Assembly: GCA_030704615.1 (NCBI GenBank)
Contig: CM060733.1
Span: 64,046,001-64,110,000, forward strand
Length of the DNA stretch: 64,000 nt
Direction: 5' to 3'
Source: Takakia lepidozioides
Taxonomy: Eukaryota > Plantae > Bryophyta
Position numbers and translations under genes: made by a program. Below are positions 51,488-64,000 of the stretch, in pieces (within the stretch, counting starts at the first letter, position 1; the number at the start of each line of letters is the position of its first letter). The notes beneath the pieces are model-generated. The model was given only the letters and a program-made list of their open reading frames with translations, made no database searches and was not told the DNA's origin.

Positions 51488-53496
51488 CAAAGTCTCATTT
51501 CGATTCTTCTGTTGTACAGTTCTTAATCACTTAATGAAAAAATTGACGATTTTTGAAATCATTGTGTTGAGACTGTGCATGTCCGATTCCCAACATATCT
51601 TCCGCAAACCACGTACAATGTAATAATGAAAGCAGAAGAGACTCAAAGTAAAGTAAAGAACCCTACAAGTAATTTATGCACACCAGCGAAGCGTGAACTA
51701 GAAGCCATCAAAACACGGCCGTTTCTCACATTCATATTGGGAATTTCGGCGCCGAAATAGCCCAGTGTGCGCCTTCATAATATGGACCTTATAAAATTCC
51801 ACGTTGGAATTATGGCACCAAAATAGCACGGTGGAAGCCTTCAGCACACGACACTTCAACACATTCCACTTGGGTATTTCGGCGCCGAAATAGCCCGCTC
51901 TGTGCCATAAAATACGCCAGTATATGACATTTCAAAAGGGAATTTCAGCGCCGAAATACCCCGGTGGAAGTCTTGAAAACACCATTTTAGCACACTACTC
52001 TTGGGAATTTCGGCGCCGAAATAGCACGGTCGAAGTTGGCTGTATTGGCCAGGAACATCTGTATTATAGCAAATCGTGCCCGACTCCGCTGGCATCATGC
52101 AGTTTTCATGCCGACGTGCTATTTCAGCGCCGCAATGCGGAGGTCCGAGCCGGGACGCCGGTGGTTTTAGCACAATTTCTTCCCGTAATGTCGTGGCACT
52201 CATGATGAAGAGACGAACACTCCGTCTTCCAGGTCTATCTCGCACAACAAGTATCCACTGTTGTCCACTGGCAGGCCTCACCCAAACAGAATCCCACAGA
52301 AGTGCTCGGAAACTCGTCACCCTGCGTGTACCTTCACTGAAGTCCAACTCCACCATAATGTCTCCCATCTCCGGCTCACGCAATCGCGAACCTGGAATCC
52401 CGCTCCGTCAAATGCAGGTGGCATTTTCACAGGGCGACATTGAGGAAGTGTGCGCCCACCGGGAATGGAGAGGGACAAGTAATCACTGTAGTGTTTCAAC
52501 ACGGAGCTGCAAACATTGAAAACCCACTGCGGAACACCCTCTGACGTGATCTTCTCTGGGGCAATGGCAATACGTGCCCCCATTGGCCGGCAACAAACTA
52601 TCCACACAGCCGATCAAAAATGACTGCTGCGGCGAGTTCTGGAGGTCTTACTACCATAATATACTGCACCTCCATAGTATTTGCTCCCGGATAGAGCTCT
52701 TGAGTTGTTCAGTCACTCTTCTGGGCCAGGGAATATATTGTTGACACTAAGGGAGAATCGGAACAGGTTTGTCCTCGATGTTTGCGCATTTCACGACGCT
52801 GTGGATGAGGTCCCACCTGGCCTCCAATATCTGCATGTTTTCACGAACATGACCTCTATAGATATCTTGTATCTTTATGTGCGCCATCTTAATCCAGGAA
52901 ACGGTAATGCGCAGTGGACGACTACCGCGCCACTCCTAATTCTGGACATGTGGTTCGACGACTCGGTGGTTCGTGTTGTGGATGTCAACGCAGCAACATA
53001 GAGCGTTAAGGATCATTGTGGAGGGTGATTGGAGGGCACAGACTCTGGGTTATGGTAGTTCCACAGGTTTCTTATGCCGCAGTGGTCCATTTCTGATGAT
53101 GGAAGCTCGGAGTTGTCGCTGTACAAAATAAAAAGTGTTAGGTTCCCGATGTTTGTATTTCGAGCGTGTATGGCAATTTTCTGTCATGTCAATGTGGGGT
53201 TGATGTTGTGTTGAATGGGGTTTGCAAGTTCAACTGTCGTCTGACCCTAAATATATTACCCTGTCAGCACAATGGCTTGTGAGGGCTACAAGTTTGTGTC
53301 TCTTTCTTGTCATGCACAATGTTTTACAGTCGTGACGTGGAATAACGGCGCCGAAATACCTCATTCCGCATCTTGGACCAGGAGAAACAGACCCTATTAT
53401 CGAGGTATGAGGACCTAATACCGTCAATAAAGACACGAAAATTTCAATTCCGCGGATGCCCGCTCATGAGCTCATAGGCTCATGAAATAGTAAACC

Positions 53497-54024
53497 TCCT
53501 ACAAGAGAACCTCTTTATGACTGTGATGCCATGTTGTATGATATATACGACTAATAGTCATATATAAGACTGCAATCACACTTTATTTTCAAAGTTTATT
53601 ATGGTTATATACAATCAAACCACTTATGTGATGTATATATGTATACTAGGTGTGTTGGTTAGTGTGTAATGACTTAGTGATGCTATAATGCGGAGGTCTT
53701 ACGTTCAAGTTTGTATTGTCTAGTAATGTGTGGGATGGTGTGGGGTCAATAGTCAACGGTCAACAGTTAACACATATTTCAAATTTTGAATTTCAAAATT
53801 TGACTGCCAAAACTCAAAATTTGAAAGAGTCAAATGGCCTTCAATGGGCCTTCATTTGCAATGATGGATATGACATGGACCAACTATATGATAGTTATGA
53901 CTATACCGCTCTACACCGCTCTACAGTCATAGTAGTGACACGGTTTACATGACTCTAGAGTTTGTAGTCATATACCGCGTTTATGACTGTGGGGCAGTCA
54001 TAACAATCGTGTTTTGTTGTAGTG
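53497..54024. mobile_element. Small non-autonomous CACTA-like element
   Basis: Right end GTTTTGTTGTAGTG, degenerate left end TCCTACAAGAGAAC, internal TATGACT/AGTCATA repeats; no matching TSD. Confidence 0.45.
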
Positions 54025-54704
54025 GTGTGTTCAGACTCCGTAATAACATGTGTCGAAAGACCGGAGATTTGCTGTGCACTATTCCACACCAACCGGGTCG
54101 CCTACCTGGACGGCGCGTGTCATTTTAATGTTATGACACGGGTCGTCCCCTGGTTACGACACGTGTAATTACATGACTGTGACACGTTGTATATTGAGTC
54201 AACGGCGCTTGACAATGTATAGTGTGGAAGATTCTACGCGCAGAATTGCGAATGCCTCCACAAATCCATGGACGATGCCACATGTGAGATGTTGTGTTTC
54301 TTTCTACAAATTTGTGGATGATATGACAGAGGTGAGGTGTGGTCCATATTCGACACAGTTTTGGGAGGTGGGTCAGCAACAATACCAGCTGGCAAAGCCG
54401 CACATTTAGTGGGTTCTGAGTTCACGGCGAGGGAAATTCATTTGTTGCTACGTGCAGACCAAGCTTGGCAGCCAGTGTCGCGTTGAATGCGTCTGTCTTG
54501 GAAAGTGCAGCCTCAAACATGGATTTCACAGCCTGCAATTCCACCTTGACATCTTTCGAACTAACCTCAATTATTTCTTTCCAACCTTCCAGCCCATCAA
54601 GGTGGGAAGCTAGTGTGCCAAGCCCCTATCCTAGCCAGAGACCATTCAATTTTCAATGCGTTGGTCCAACACAATAAAATCAATTAGCATCTACAACAAA
54701 ACTT

Positions 54705-55127
54705 CGTTACGGCCCCTCTCTAATTGTATACTTGAATATTTATTTGTATGCAAAGCCCGCCATACGGTGCACTGGACTTGCTGCAAACATGGAAGGCAAT
54801 GTTTAGGTTTGCAAGGCCAGCAAATATAAAAAAAAATCACAGACATGGGAGTGGCCTTACCGAGCGGGACGGCCCTGCTAAATCTGAGCCCATAGCCCTT
54901 GTTACTGTTTTTGCTCCCAACTATTTCCTATAGAAATGGGGGTCGTCCGTTGGATTGAGCCTGCACACACACAGCATTTGCAGCAATCTGAGAACATGAT
55001 GCTGAGCCCGGTAAGAAAGACAGTGTCAACATTATTGAAATGGAAAATGCAGCTTCATCCTGGACTTACCAAACGTGCCTCCACGCCACTGACTCAGCTG
55101 CGTTCAAATCTGGACTGATTTGTAACA
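54705..55127 (-). repeat. 3' LTR of the gypsy element
   Basis: Minus strand starts TGTTACA right after the polypurine tract AAGAGGGTAAGGGG and ends GTAACG (one mismatch from GTAACA). Confidence 0.6.
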
Positions 55128-55249
55128 TGGCCCCTTACCCTCTTCGCGTTATTTCAAGTACATTGCCATTCAGGGGTATTCCAGTGTTTGACAAGTTCAG
55201 CCCAAGTCTTGTCCGGAATATGCTGGGGTTTGGGGAGCCCCTGGGAGTG

Positions 55250-55510
55250 TTGAGCTGTGACAGGCTGTGTCATACTGTGGTACGCTGTGATAGGCTGTGT
55301 GGCACTGTGGTAAGCTGTGATAGGCTGTGACACGCTGTGGTAGGTTGTGATAGGCTGTGTCACGCTGTGATGGGCTGTGATAGGCTGTGCCACACTGTGA
55401 TGGGCTGTGATAGGCTGTGTCGCGTCATGATGGGCTGTGATAGGCTGTGTCGCGCCGTGATGGGCTGTGATAGGCTGTGCCACACTGTGATGGCCTGTGA
55501 TAAGCTGTGT
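55250..55510 (-). repeat. 30-bp tandem repeat built on TCACAGCC, downstream of integrase
   Basis: CTGTGATGGGCTGTGATAGGCTGTG units, about 8-9 copies. Confidence 0.9.
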
Positions 55511-58500
55511 CGCGCTTGTACTGCCCGCCCTGGTCATATACGCTCGGCCTAGCGACAAGTGCTCCATACTCTGTTGGTATCATTGGCGCAGCCCGTGACT
55601 GCTTCTGCGTTTCAACATGCAAATCGTACTGCAATGGTTTGTCATGGATACCACTGTACCCCTTCAACTTATTGGCATTGACTCTTCCCAGCATCTCTTT
55701 GTTAATGGTTTGTAACATGGCGGTGTTGTTATCATACATCTTCTGTATGACATAAGGTCCTTTCCATGGTGATTTAAGCTTAGAAGCTTTAATCTTCCCC
55801 TTCTTCTGCAACCAGAGAACCAAATCTCCCGTCTTAAAAGTCTTTAACTTGCCTTCATCAAACTGTTCCTTCCTCTTCATCTGAATTCTGGTCATGTTAT
55901 CAGCTACACCAGCACGTACTTCTTCCACATGGTATAATTCATGTTTCCTGACCTTAATTGAATCTTCCAATTCCATTCTCTTTCCCCATTCCGTTCTCAT
56001 AGTAGGTAACAAGAATTCCACTGGAAGTAAAACTTCCATACCATACACTAATTGGAATGGTGTATACTTAGTGGTGACTTTATATGAAGTCCTGTATGAC
56101 CACAAAGCTGTCAGCAGCTTTGTATCCCAATCCATTCTGTTTGCATTGACTATCTTAGCCAAGATAGTACATAGTATTTTGTTGGTAGCCTCTGCCTGAC
56201 CATTACCCTGTGGGTAAATACGTTGTACTTTTCCTATGCACAATCATGAACTCTTTAGTCAGTAGTTCAATGGTCTCATTAATGAAGTGACTTCCCTGGT
56301 CACTGATAAATTCCAAAGGACAGCGAAATCGTGTAAGTATGTTCTCATACAAGAACCTTGTTGTGGATCTGGTTGTGTTGTCCCTCAAAGCTTTAGCTTC
56401 CACCCACTTCGTAGTATAATCAGTGGCTGTAATTATGTACTTGTTCTGTGTATTCTTGGCCGGTGGATTAATTGGTCCAACAAAGTCTAGTCCCCATTTC
56501 TGGAATGGTTCAGTAGGCATCGTAGGATGCAAAGCCATCTTCCCAGATCTCTGCAAAGGTCCTAGCCTCTGACATTCATCACAACTCTGAATACTTGTGT
56601 ACATCCTTGAACAAAGTAGGCCACCAGTAACCTGCAAGTAGTATCTTCCTACTGGTAGTCTCTTCTCCAAAATGTCCTCCAGCCACCCCTTTATGAACTT
56701 CCTCCAAAACTTTATTTACTTCATGGTGGTACAAGCATCGTTTAAGTACTCCATCAGGTCCAAGCTTATACATTCTGCCTCCTACCATAGTATAAGGTAA
56801 AGCCTTGATAGCAATTCTCTTCCTCTGCTCCTTACCATAACTAGGTGGGCACTGACCATGAGTAAGGTAGTATCTGATTGGCCACTGCCAATCTAACCAT
56901 TCATCTGCACTTCCTTGCACCTCCATTGCAAATAAACTCGCATCAGGTAATTGGTCGTCTACTCCTGTGGCGGCCTCTCCTGTTGTTAGGCGTGACAATG
57001 ATCTGCACAAGATGCAAACGGCCAGGCTTGTAAACAACTTCGAACTCAAACTCGTACAAGATTATTAACCACCTCGTTATCCTTCCACTTATCAAAGGTT
57101 TGTTCACCAGATATATCAGAGCCTGGTGATCCACATAAAACATAAACTTTCTTCCCAATAGGTAATGCCTGAATTTCTTGACTGCATAAATCATTGCCAG
57201 TGCTTCTCTTTCAGTTGTACTATAGTTCCTTTCAGCACTGTTCATCAACCTGCTAGCATAGTACACAGGTGAATCTAGATTTCTTGTAACATTTTGGGCT
57301 AACACTGCTCCCAACGCTTCTCCTGAGGCATCACAGTGAACATGAAATACTACATGTCAGTGAGGGTTAATCAGCACAGGTGTAGTTGTTACCAACAATG
57401 TAAGTTCCTCAAAAGCCTGTTGACATTCAGCTGTCCATGCAAACACTGCATCTTTCTTCAGAAGCTTGCTCAATGGTGCTGCTATCTGTGCATACATTTT
57501 GACAAATCTTCTGTAATAACTGGTTTGTCCAAGGAATCTCCTTAGACTCTTAACATTTACTGGTGGTGGTGAGGCTTTAATGGCCTCTGTCTTTTTGGGA
57601 TCCACAAGAAGTCCCCTCTTACACACAATGTGTCCCAAAAGCACCCCTGAGTTCACACAGAAAGTACACTTCTCTGGATTCAGCCCCAGACCTCTCATTC
57701 TGCATCTAGCCAAACATAACTCCAATTTATGCAAGTGCTCATTCTTAGAGCTGTACACACTGAAATCATCCAAGAACACCTGCATGAAATCATCCAGATA
57801 CTCATGAAAAGATTCACTTATCACTCTCTGAAAGGTTGCTGGTGCATTACGAAGTCCAAAAGGCATGACTTTGTATGCATAAGCACCCCAGTCTGTGATG
57901 AAAGCTGTCTTTCCCTGGTCTTCTTCTGCCACTTGCACTTGATTATAACCACTGAAGCCATCCATGAATAAGTACATCTCATGGCCTGCCATAGTGTCCA
58001 ATACTGCTTCTGTGAATGACAAAGGGAATGGATCTTTCTTCGTGCAAGCATTCAACTTCTTATAGTTCACACAAACTCTCAGTTTACCATTCTTCTTGGG
58101 AACTATCACAATAGGTGACAACCAAGTTGTATACTCTATCGGGTATACAAAACTTAGCCTCAGCCAACTTCTTGATCTCTTCTCCAACTTCTATGCATAG
58201 TTGGGATTCATTCTGTACCTTGCTTGTTTGATTGGTACTGACCCTGGTTCCAGTTCAATCTTATGATGACAGATCTCAGGTGGTATCCCTTTTAGATCCT
58301 CGTAGCTCCAAGCAATACATCTCTGTATTTGATGAACAAACTCTTAGCTTCCTCAAAGAATTCTGGCTCCAAATCAGCCCCTACCTTCACCATCCTCGGT
58401 TCCTCTTCAGTTCTCACATTCACTTCTCTCACCTATTCATTAGCTGTGATTGTCCAACCAGTCACCACTTCATCCTATAAACTCACAGTGGCTAGTTCCT

Positions 58501-60435
58501 CTAGGATTTCCATTTCTCCTTCTCTTCTTCATAAAAATGTGGTGGGTAACTGCTTATTCTCTTTCAATTGGTGTTGCTGTCACTACACCACAGCAGATAC
58601 CTTTTAAAAACAACTTAGGCCTTCCAGCTGTATCTCTGCAACCTGCTCCCACTCTGGGTGTGCAGCGAACAGGGTAGTTTCCTGCTCCTCATCCAGTCCT
58701 CCTCCAGTCATATTCCCTGACCCCTCGAGGTCTTCTCGTAGTAGGTAATCTACTAGATTTCTTAGTGGTAATTTGTATCTTGTGCATCCCATTATGCACA
58801 GTTAGTAACTGAGAATTCCAGTCATGGAATACTCTGGCCTGTTTCAGCCACGGACGTCCCAATAATAAGGAGTAAGCCTCCATGACTTCATCCATTTTCA
58901 ACACAGTTACTGTGATCATAAAAGATCATCTTTTGTATCTGTATATCTTACTCATCTTATCAATCCAATGGCTATACACTTCTTTGATCTGCCATTGTTA
59001 CTGTAAATAGGGCTGGTTTCATGTTACTTAGACCAAGCTTCTGCCTTAATTGGTCTGTCATGATATTCACTCCAGAGCCTCCATCTATCAGTACATCAGT
59101 TAGTTCTGTGCTTCCAATTCTCAATTGGATTACTGGCATAGAATCATCAAAGTCCATGACTGTTTTCTCGCCCTTCCGGCTTCACATATAAACTGGTCAC
59201 CTTGCTGTTCAGGTCTGTGTTTCCTGTCACATGGGCAATTTGATTGATTGCTTGATACAGTCTGTGTCTACAATAAGGTGCCACAACCAATAGCTGTCCA
59301 ATGGTAATCTCTGCTTTGGACTGGCATATTACTTCAGCCAAAGTCCCTTCATTACTCTGCATGTCTGCAGCTTCTTTCTTCCCTTCATCCTCACTCACTT
59401 CCTCTTCTCCATCAGAATCAGAGGAATGTGTCATAGGAATATCAGTACTCTTCTGCATTTCCCTTATGGTATCTGCCACTTCCTTGTGCAGTTCCTTCTC
59501 ATCTCTCCAAGCCTCATCATCTTCAGGCACATCACTGCCATCTTCATTATCATCATCTTCCTCAACCACTGGAGGTATTAGTTTGGCTTTGCTTCTTGTT
59601 ACTATCATTGTACTTACTTCTGGTACAACACATGGCCTAACCATGTGATCTGCCACCACTGGGCCCTCATTCATAGGAGCTCTCATCTCATTCTGGTGTC
59701 TAATCCAGAATGAACAGACTGCCTTGCGATGTCCTGGCTGATTACAATAGTAACACAGTTCTTCACCATTGGGTCCTCGGAAGTTAGCTATTTCATGAGC
59801 ATGAGCGGCATGAGTGGAGTAGCAAAACAATCGGTTTTCATGAGCAGAAGTACAAATTTTGGAAATAAAAAACATTAAAAAATATTATTTTTAATGGAAT
59901 GTGTCAGCAAAAAAAAAAAAAAACCAATATAATATTCATTGTTTGAAGTAAAAATTGTAGTTTTGAGAGCCGTGCTCATGATATTTCGTCTTCCGCTCAT
60001 GCGAATTCCGAGCGACATCTGCAAAAATGGCGCCAAATTTCACGGTAATAGGTTCCGCAACCGGAGAAAGCTGCGACGTATTTCGCGGTAATAGGTGTCT
60101 CCGGCGAAAAATGGTGCCGAATTTCGCGGCTATAGGTCCCAACATGGCAGGTGTGTAAGCCCAAAATTTGGAAATGTGGCGCCGAATTTCGGTACATGGT
60201 GCGGGGATTGCACAGATGTTGGGCAGTTCTTGGGCCATGTAACTGGAGATTTGGCGCCATTTTCTCAGACATCGGACTTGCGGTGCTCGACGAGACCTCC
60301 TCGGGCAACATCACGAGACCACGAGGGAGCGTGCGAATATTCTTGTCAGCTCGCCATGAATCCTCTTCTCCGCCAGGTGCCTCGTCAAGTCTTCGTCTCA
60401 CTGGACGGGTGTGAACATCTCTTTTCAAGTGTTGG

Positions 60436-61836
60436 TCACTTCGAAGCAATGGCGTGCCCCGAAGGCCTCTCGCAAGGCTGCCGCCCACTTGCGAGGATTT
60501 TCGATCTGGAGGCAGTCTGCATCAGCATTTCCTGCCTGTCCGGCCCCAAGCCCCACTGTTTCCCTTTCAAGAACTCGTTGTACCTGCATTGCTGCATAAT
60601 TGACCTGACAATGTCCTCCATTGTGGCAGTGAGGATGTCCACCAGATGCGCCGCAGAGGAGGCACGCCAGGAAGAATGTACTGATTCGGCCATGTTTGTT
60701 GTCGGCATGTCACTGTCGGAGTCAAGACACATTTCCTGCACATGCACATGTTCAGGTTACAAGCAAATTACAAATAATGAGTAGCTAGCATAATATTCAA
60801 CGGGACGCAAATTTGTCTCACTCACCTCCCGCATATAATCGCCGAACTGGAGGAAACGATAATACCACCATGCTAGCCAACTGACCATTGCTCCCTCGTC
60901 TGATTTCTTTACAGCACCTGACGTTGTCCACCAAGCCCGTATACATGCAAACTGTGTCTCTGCATCATCCAAGGTGGGAGCACACTTCCACACAAGACAC
61001 ATGGAACGGTGCTCCTCTCTGAAATCTGGCGCCACGAGCCTGGTTGTGTACTGCGACAAGCTCTGCAGAAAATGGAACCCACAAGATCTCTCCTTGCTTT
61101 TCATCGGAACATTGGGGTCTTCCCCGTACACCCTTGGGATGGCAGCCCAATTTGCTTGTGCGTTGTCCGCCATGAAACCACGAAAATTGGGAGGGGGAAA
61201 TCCTACCCTGGCCATCTGTTCGTTTATTCCCTGCCAAAGAAGCATCTCCGATTGTGTGTCCTCTCCTTTCATCTCACAAATAACAATTGTCATTAGCATC
61301 CTGCAGTGGGTGTCGTAGACATGTGCACCCATTGTCACCTACTGGTGATTTGTAATTTGCTTGATATGGTCGAACATGACCCAACTGTTTGACAAGTCCC
61401 CACTCGTCATCCGGTGGACCAGTTCGACGCCGCTGCCAGGCCCACACGTTGACATTTTGAATACGAAACAGCGATCTGCCTCAGTCCCTTGTCCTGGAAA
61501 TCTACTTCCATGAATGTAGTCATATCTACATCGTCGCTTCACCTCCAGAATGGAGTGCATATCCGAGCCACGCCCAATTCTCTGTTTGTAGGAGACAATG
61601 TGGTTTCGGACATTCGGTGAACAGACGTGGAACGCCGACTCCAACAATGCCTCCATTTTCTTCTCATTGAGAGGAACTCTGTTAGAGCCGTCTTCCGACA
61701 TAATTCTGGCCAATGCCATTTTATGGGCGGCCTGCAGCTGTATCTGTTTGGGTTTGGCACCAGGTCTCAACTTAACCTCCTCTTGAACGAGCTGCTCTGT
61801 CTCGTGGGCAGCCTCCCGCAAGTTACCCCTCGTCAA
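60436..61836 (-). pseudogene. Mutator-like (MULE) DDE transposase
   Basis: WVMFD (D1), FRGFMAD (D2), CGFH (CxxH), TTNMAESVH (E). In-frame stop at 61339-61341, probable intron near 60740-60824, N-terminus missing. Confidence 0.75.
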
Positions 61837-61859
61837 TTTGTGACAATGGGAACCAACGT

Positions 61860-62890
61860 GTCAGATGAAGTTGTCTCAGGGGGACAGGCCGACACCTGGT
61901 CGACAGAGAATATCCCTCGGATGGAAAAACGGCGCCGAATTTCCATTAGAGGCCGTTCGGATGAAGTTGTCTCGAGGGGAGAGGCCGACACTTGGCCGAC
62001 AGAGAACATCCCACGGATGGAAAAATGGCGCCGAATTTCAATACGAGGCCCGTCAGATGAAGTCGTCTCGGAGGATAGGCCGACACCTGGCCGATAGAGA
62101 ACATCCCTCGGATGGAAAAACGGCGCCAAATCTCCAATGAGGCCGTTCGGATGAAGTTGTCTCGGGGGTAGAGGCCGACACCTGGCCTACAGAGAATATC
62201 CCCTGGATGGCAAAACGGCGCCGAATTTCCATCCGAGGCCGTTCGGATGAAGTTGTCTCGGGGGGAGAGGCCGACACCTGGCCGACAGAGAACATCCCAC
62301 GGATGGAAAAATGGCGCCGAATTTCCATACGAGACCCGTCGGATGAAGTTGTCTCGGGGGGAGAGGCCGACACCTGGCCGATAGAGAACATCCATCGGAA
62401 GGAAAAACGGCGCCGAATTTCCATCCGAGGCCGTTCGGATGAAGTCGTCTCGTGGGGAGAGGACGACACCTGCCCGACAGAGAACATCCCTCGGATGGAA
62501 AAACGGCGCCGAATTTCCATCCGAGGCCGTTATGAAGTCGTCTCGTGGGAGAGGACGACACCTCAGAGAACTCCCTCGGATGGAAAAACGGCGCCGAATT
62601 TCCATCCGAGGCCGTTCGGATGAAGTCGTCTCGAGGGGAGAGGCGGACACCTGGCCGACAGAGAATATCCCCCGGATGGAAAAACGGCGCCGAATTCCCA
62701 TTCGGGGCCCGTCGGATGAAGTCGTCTCGGGGGGAGAGGCCGACACCTGGCCGACAGAGAACATCCCCCGATGGAAAAACGGCGCCGAATTTCCATCCAA
62801 GGCCGCACGGATGGAGTCGTCTCGGGGGGAGTGTCCAAAAGAGATCATCTGCAGGATGGAAAAACAGCGCCGAATATCCATCAACAGATG
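61860..62890. repeat. 96-bp tandem array, about 10-11 copies, each with AAAACGGCGCCGAATTT
   Basis: GATGAAGT(T/C)GTCTC recurs at 61864, 61960, 62056 and onward; degenerate and partly inverted units at 63020-63240. Confidence 0.95.
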
Positions 62891-63242
62891 CCCGTATCGA
62901 CCCTTCATCAACAATTTTGATTCGTTTTTCGCGTTTTTTTGTCTAATCAGTCACTCAACTTAGAGTTTTTCGCCTGCGGTCCACTTTTTGGCACGTTATG
63001 CCCACCAATGTCGTCCGGTAGAGACAAATTTGGCGCCGGATTTCCATCCTACAGCCCTCCGGTTTACCTGCAGGATGGAAATTCGGCGCCGGTTTTCCAT
63101 CCGGCTGCTTCTGGATGAGAACGTCTCGGGCGGAGGGAGGGCCACGGTGCGTCCCACTTCATCCGCTGAATGGAAATTCGGCGTTGTTTTTTTCCATCCA
63201 GCGGGCTGTTGATGAAAGTCTCGGGGGGAGGGTGGGCCAGGT

Positions 63243-64000
63243 TGTCGCGGCCCTTTGCCTTGAGGGCAGGGGGCCGGGACACACTGAGGGGCTGCCCTGT
63301 GGTGGCCAAGTTGGCCAGAGGCCAGGTTGGAAGTCAGGGCGCGCGCATCAAAGCGAGAACTATGACTTGAAGGGGAGCTTACCGAAGTGAGGTGCGCGAC
63401 ATTAGGTATCAGAGCTTAGAGTTCAGTACGCGATTGTCCTTGGGATTGGCCTCATCATGGGGTCGGGCAAGCCAAAGCGAAAGCGGAACGCCCAAAAGAT
63501 GATGATCCTGGTGAGCCCGATGGGGGCGACGTGTCACCGAAGCGGCCGTTAGAGGAAGCGAGGCAGGTTTCTGAAACGAGGCCGCTCAAGAGCGGGAGGA
63601 ATCCAAGGAGTCGGAGCCCGAGGAATCCGTGAGAGCTCCGACGACCAACAGATGCCTCCCATGCCGGCAGCCTTTTGGGAAGGGTTGTTGGCGCAGTTTG
63701 GCGGGACGTTGAAAGACGTGTTGAAGGCGGCTAATGCCACTTCCACTAAGGCAAAGTTTAAAGTGAAGCCTAAGGAACCCGGCACCTTCGAGGGCGTCCA
63801 AAATCGGAAGGCACTCAACACCTGGCTCCTGGAGCTAGAGCAGTACTTCCGGGCGGCCAAGTTGAGTGACGAGGATTGGGTGGAAGTGGCTCCCACCTAT
63901 TTGAGGGGGCTATGCTCAACAATGGTGGCAGAAACGCCTTCACGACCGAGGCCCAAGCCGGAAACCTTGAACTGGAGTGGGTTCAAGGAATTGATGAAGA
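63243..64000 (+). mobile_element. 5' end of another Ty3/gypsy element: 159-bp LTR, PBS, gag
   Basis: TGTCGCG (63243) to CGCGACA (63401), then AGGTATCAGAGC (Met-tRNA PBS-like), then KPKEPGTFEG..LNTWLLELEQYF..TYLRG gag. Confidence 0.85.

Larger units (their letters stand above)
45448..53490. mobile_element. Large DNA-transposon-like segment with dispersed ATTTCGGCGCCGAAAT palindromes and a putative right end GCTCATGAAATAG
   Basis: About 15 exact or variant palindromes; 128-bp duplication at about 45585-45855. The end sequence is the reverse complement of CTATTTCATGAGC at 59788. Confidence 0.55.
54705..59787 (-). mobile_element. Ty3/gypsy retrotransposon, 5'-truncated, frameshifted gag-pol
   Basis: CYYCNQPGHRKAVC, LIDGGSG, RT (DGFSGYNQV, MPFGLRNAPATFQR, FLDD), RNase H (NYSTTEREALA), integrase ([25 protein letters not shown]); polypurine tract at about 55130-55146. 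Confidence 0.92.

Noticed and set aside
51856-53100. Possible third gene (minus strand) inside the palindrome-rich element
   Set aside because: Protein-like fragments, but I could not assign a frame or family by eye.
61833-62963. Long ORFs on both strands (up to 322 aa) and a CRISPR-like periodic look
   Set aside because: They arise from a 96-bp unit divisible by three. There are no unique spacers or cas genes, so it is neither a CDS nor a CRISPR array.

Overview
Repeat-dense window from a plant nuclear genome, probably a non-seed land plant (inferred from a DYW-type PPR relic, a Di19 gene and plant-type TE families). The only intact host gene I can support is a five-exon Di19 zinc-finger gene (37992-42396, minus) with a U12-type AT-AC intron. 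The rest is nested, mostly decayed mobile DNA: L1-like LINE pieces, a tRNA-derived SINE, CACTA ends, a hAT transposase, several Ty3/gypsy elements and a Mutator-like element. Two transposon classes here appear to carry DNA methyltransferase genes. (1) A Ty3/gypsy polyprotein has a recognisable, frameshifted C5-cytosine DNA methyltransferase between its protease and RNase H/integrase (about 12900-13850). (2) A large DNA-transposon-like region (45.4-53.5 kb, with a related MULE transposase at 60.4-61.8 kb) holds a spliced gene fusing a ParB/Srx-like domain to a beta-class N6A/N4C amino-methyltransferase-like domain. That region is studded with a 16-bp palindrome, ATTTCGGCGCCGAAAT, and a second fragment of the same MTase family lies at about 25.8-26.2 kb. 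All copies here are pseudogenised. Domain calls come from motif recognition by eye and need HMM or structure confirmation.
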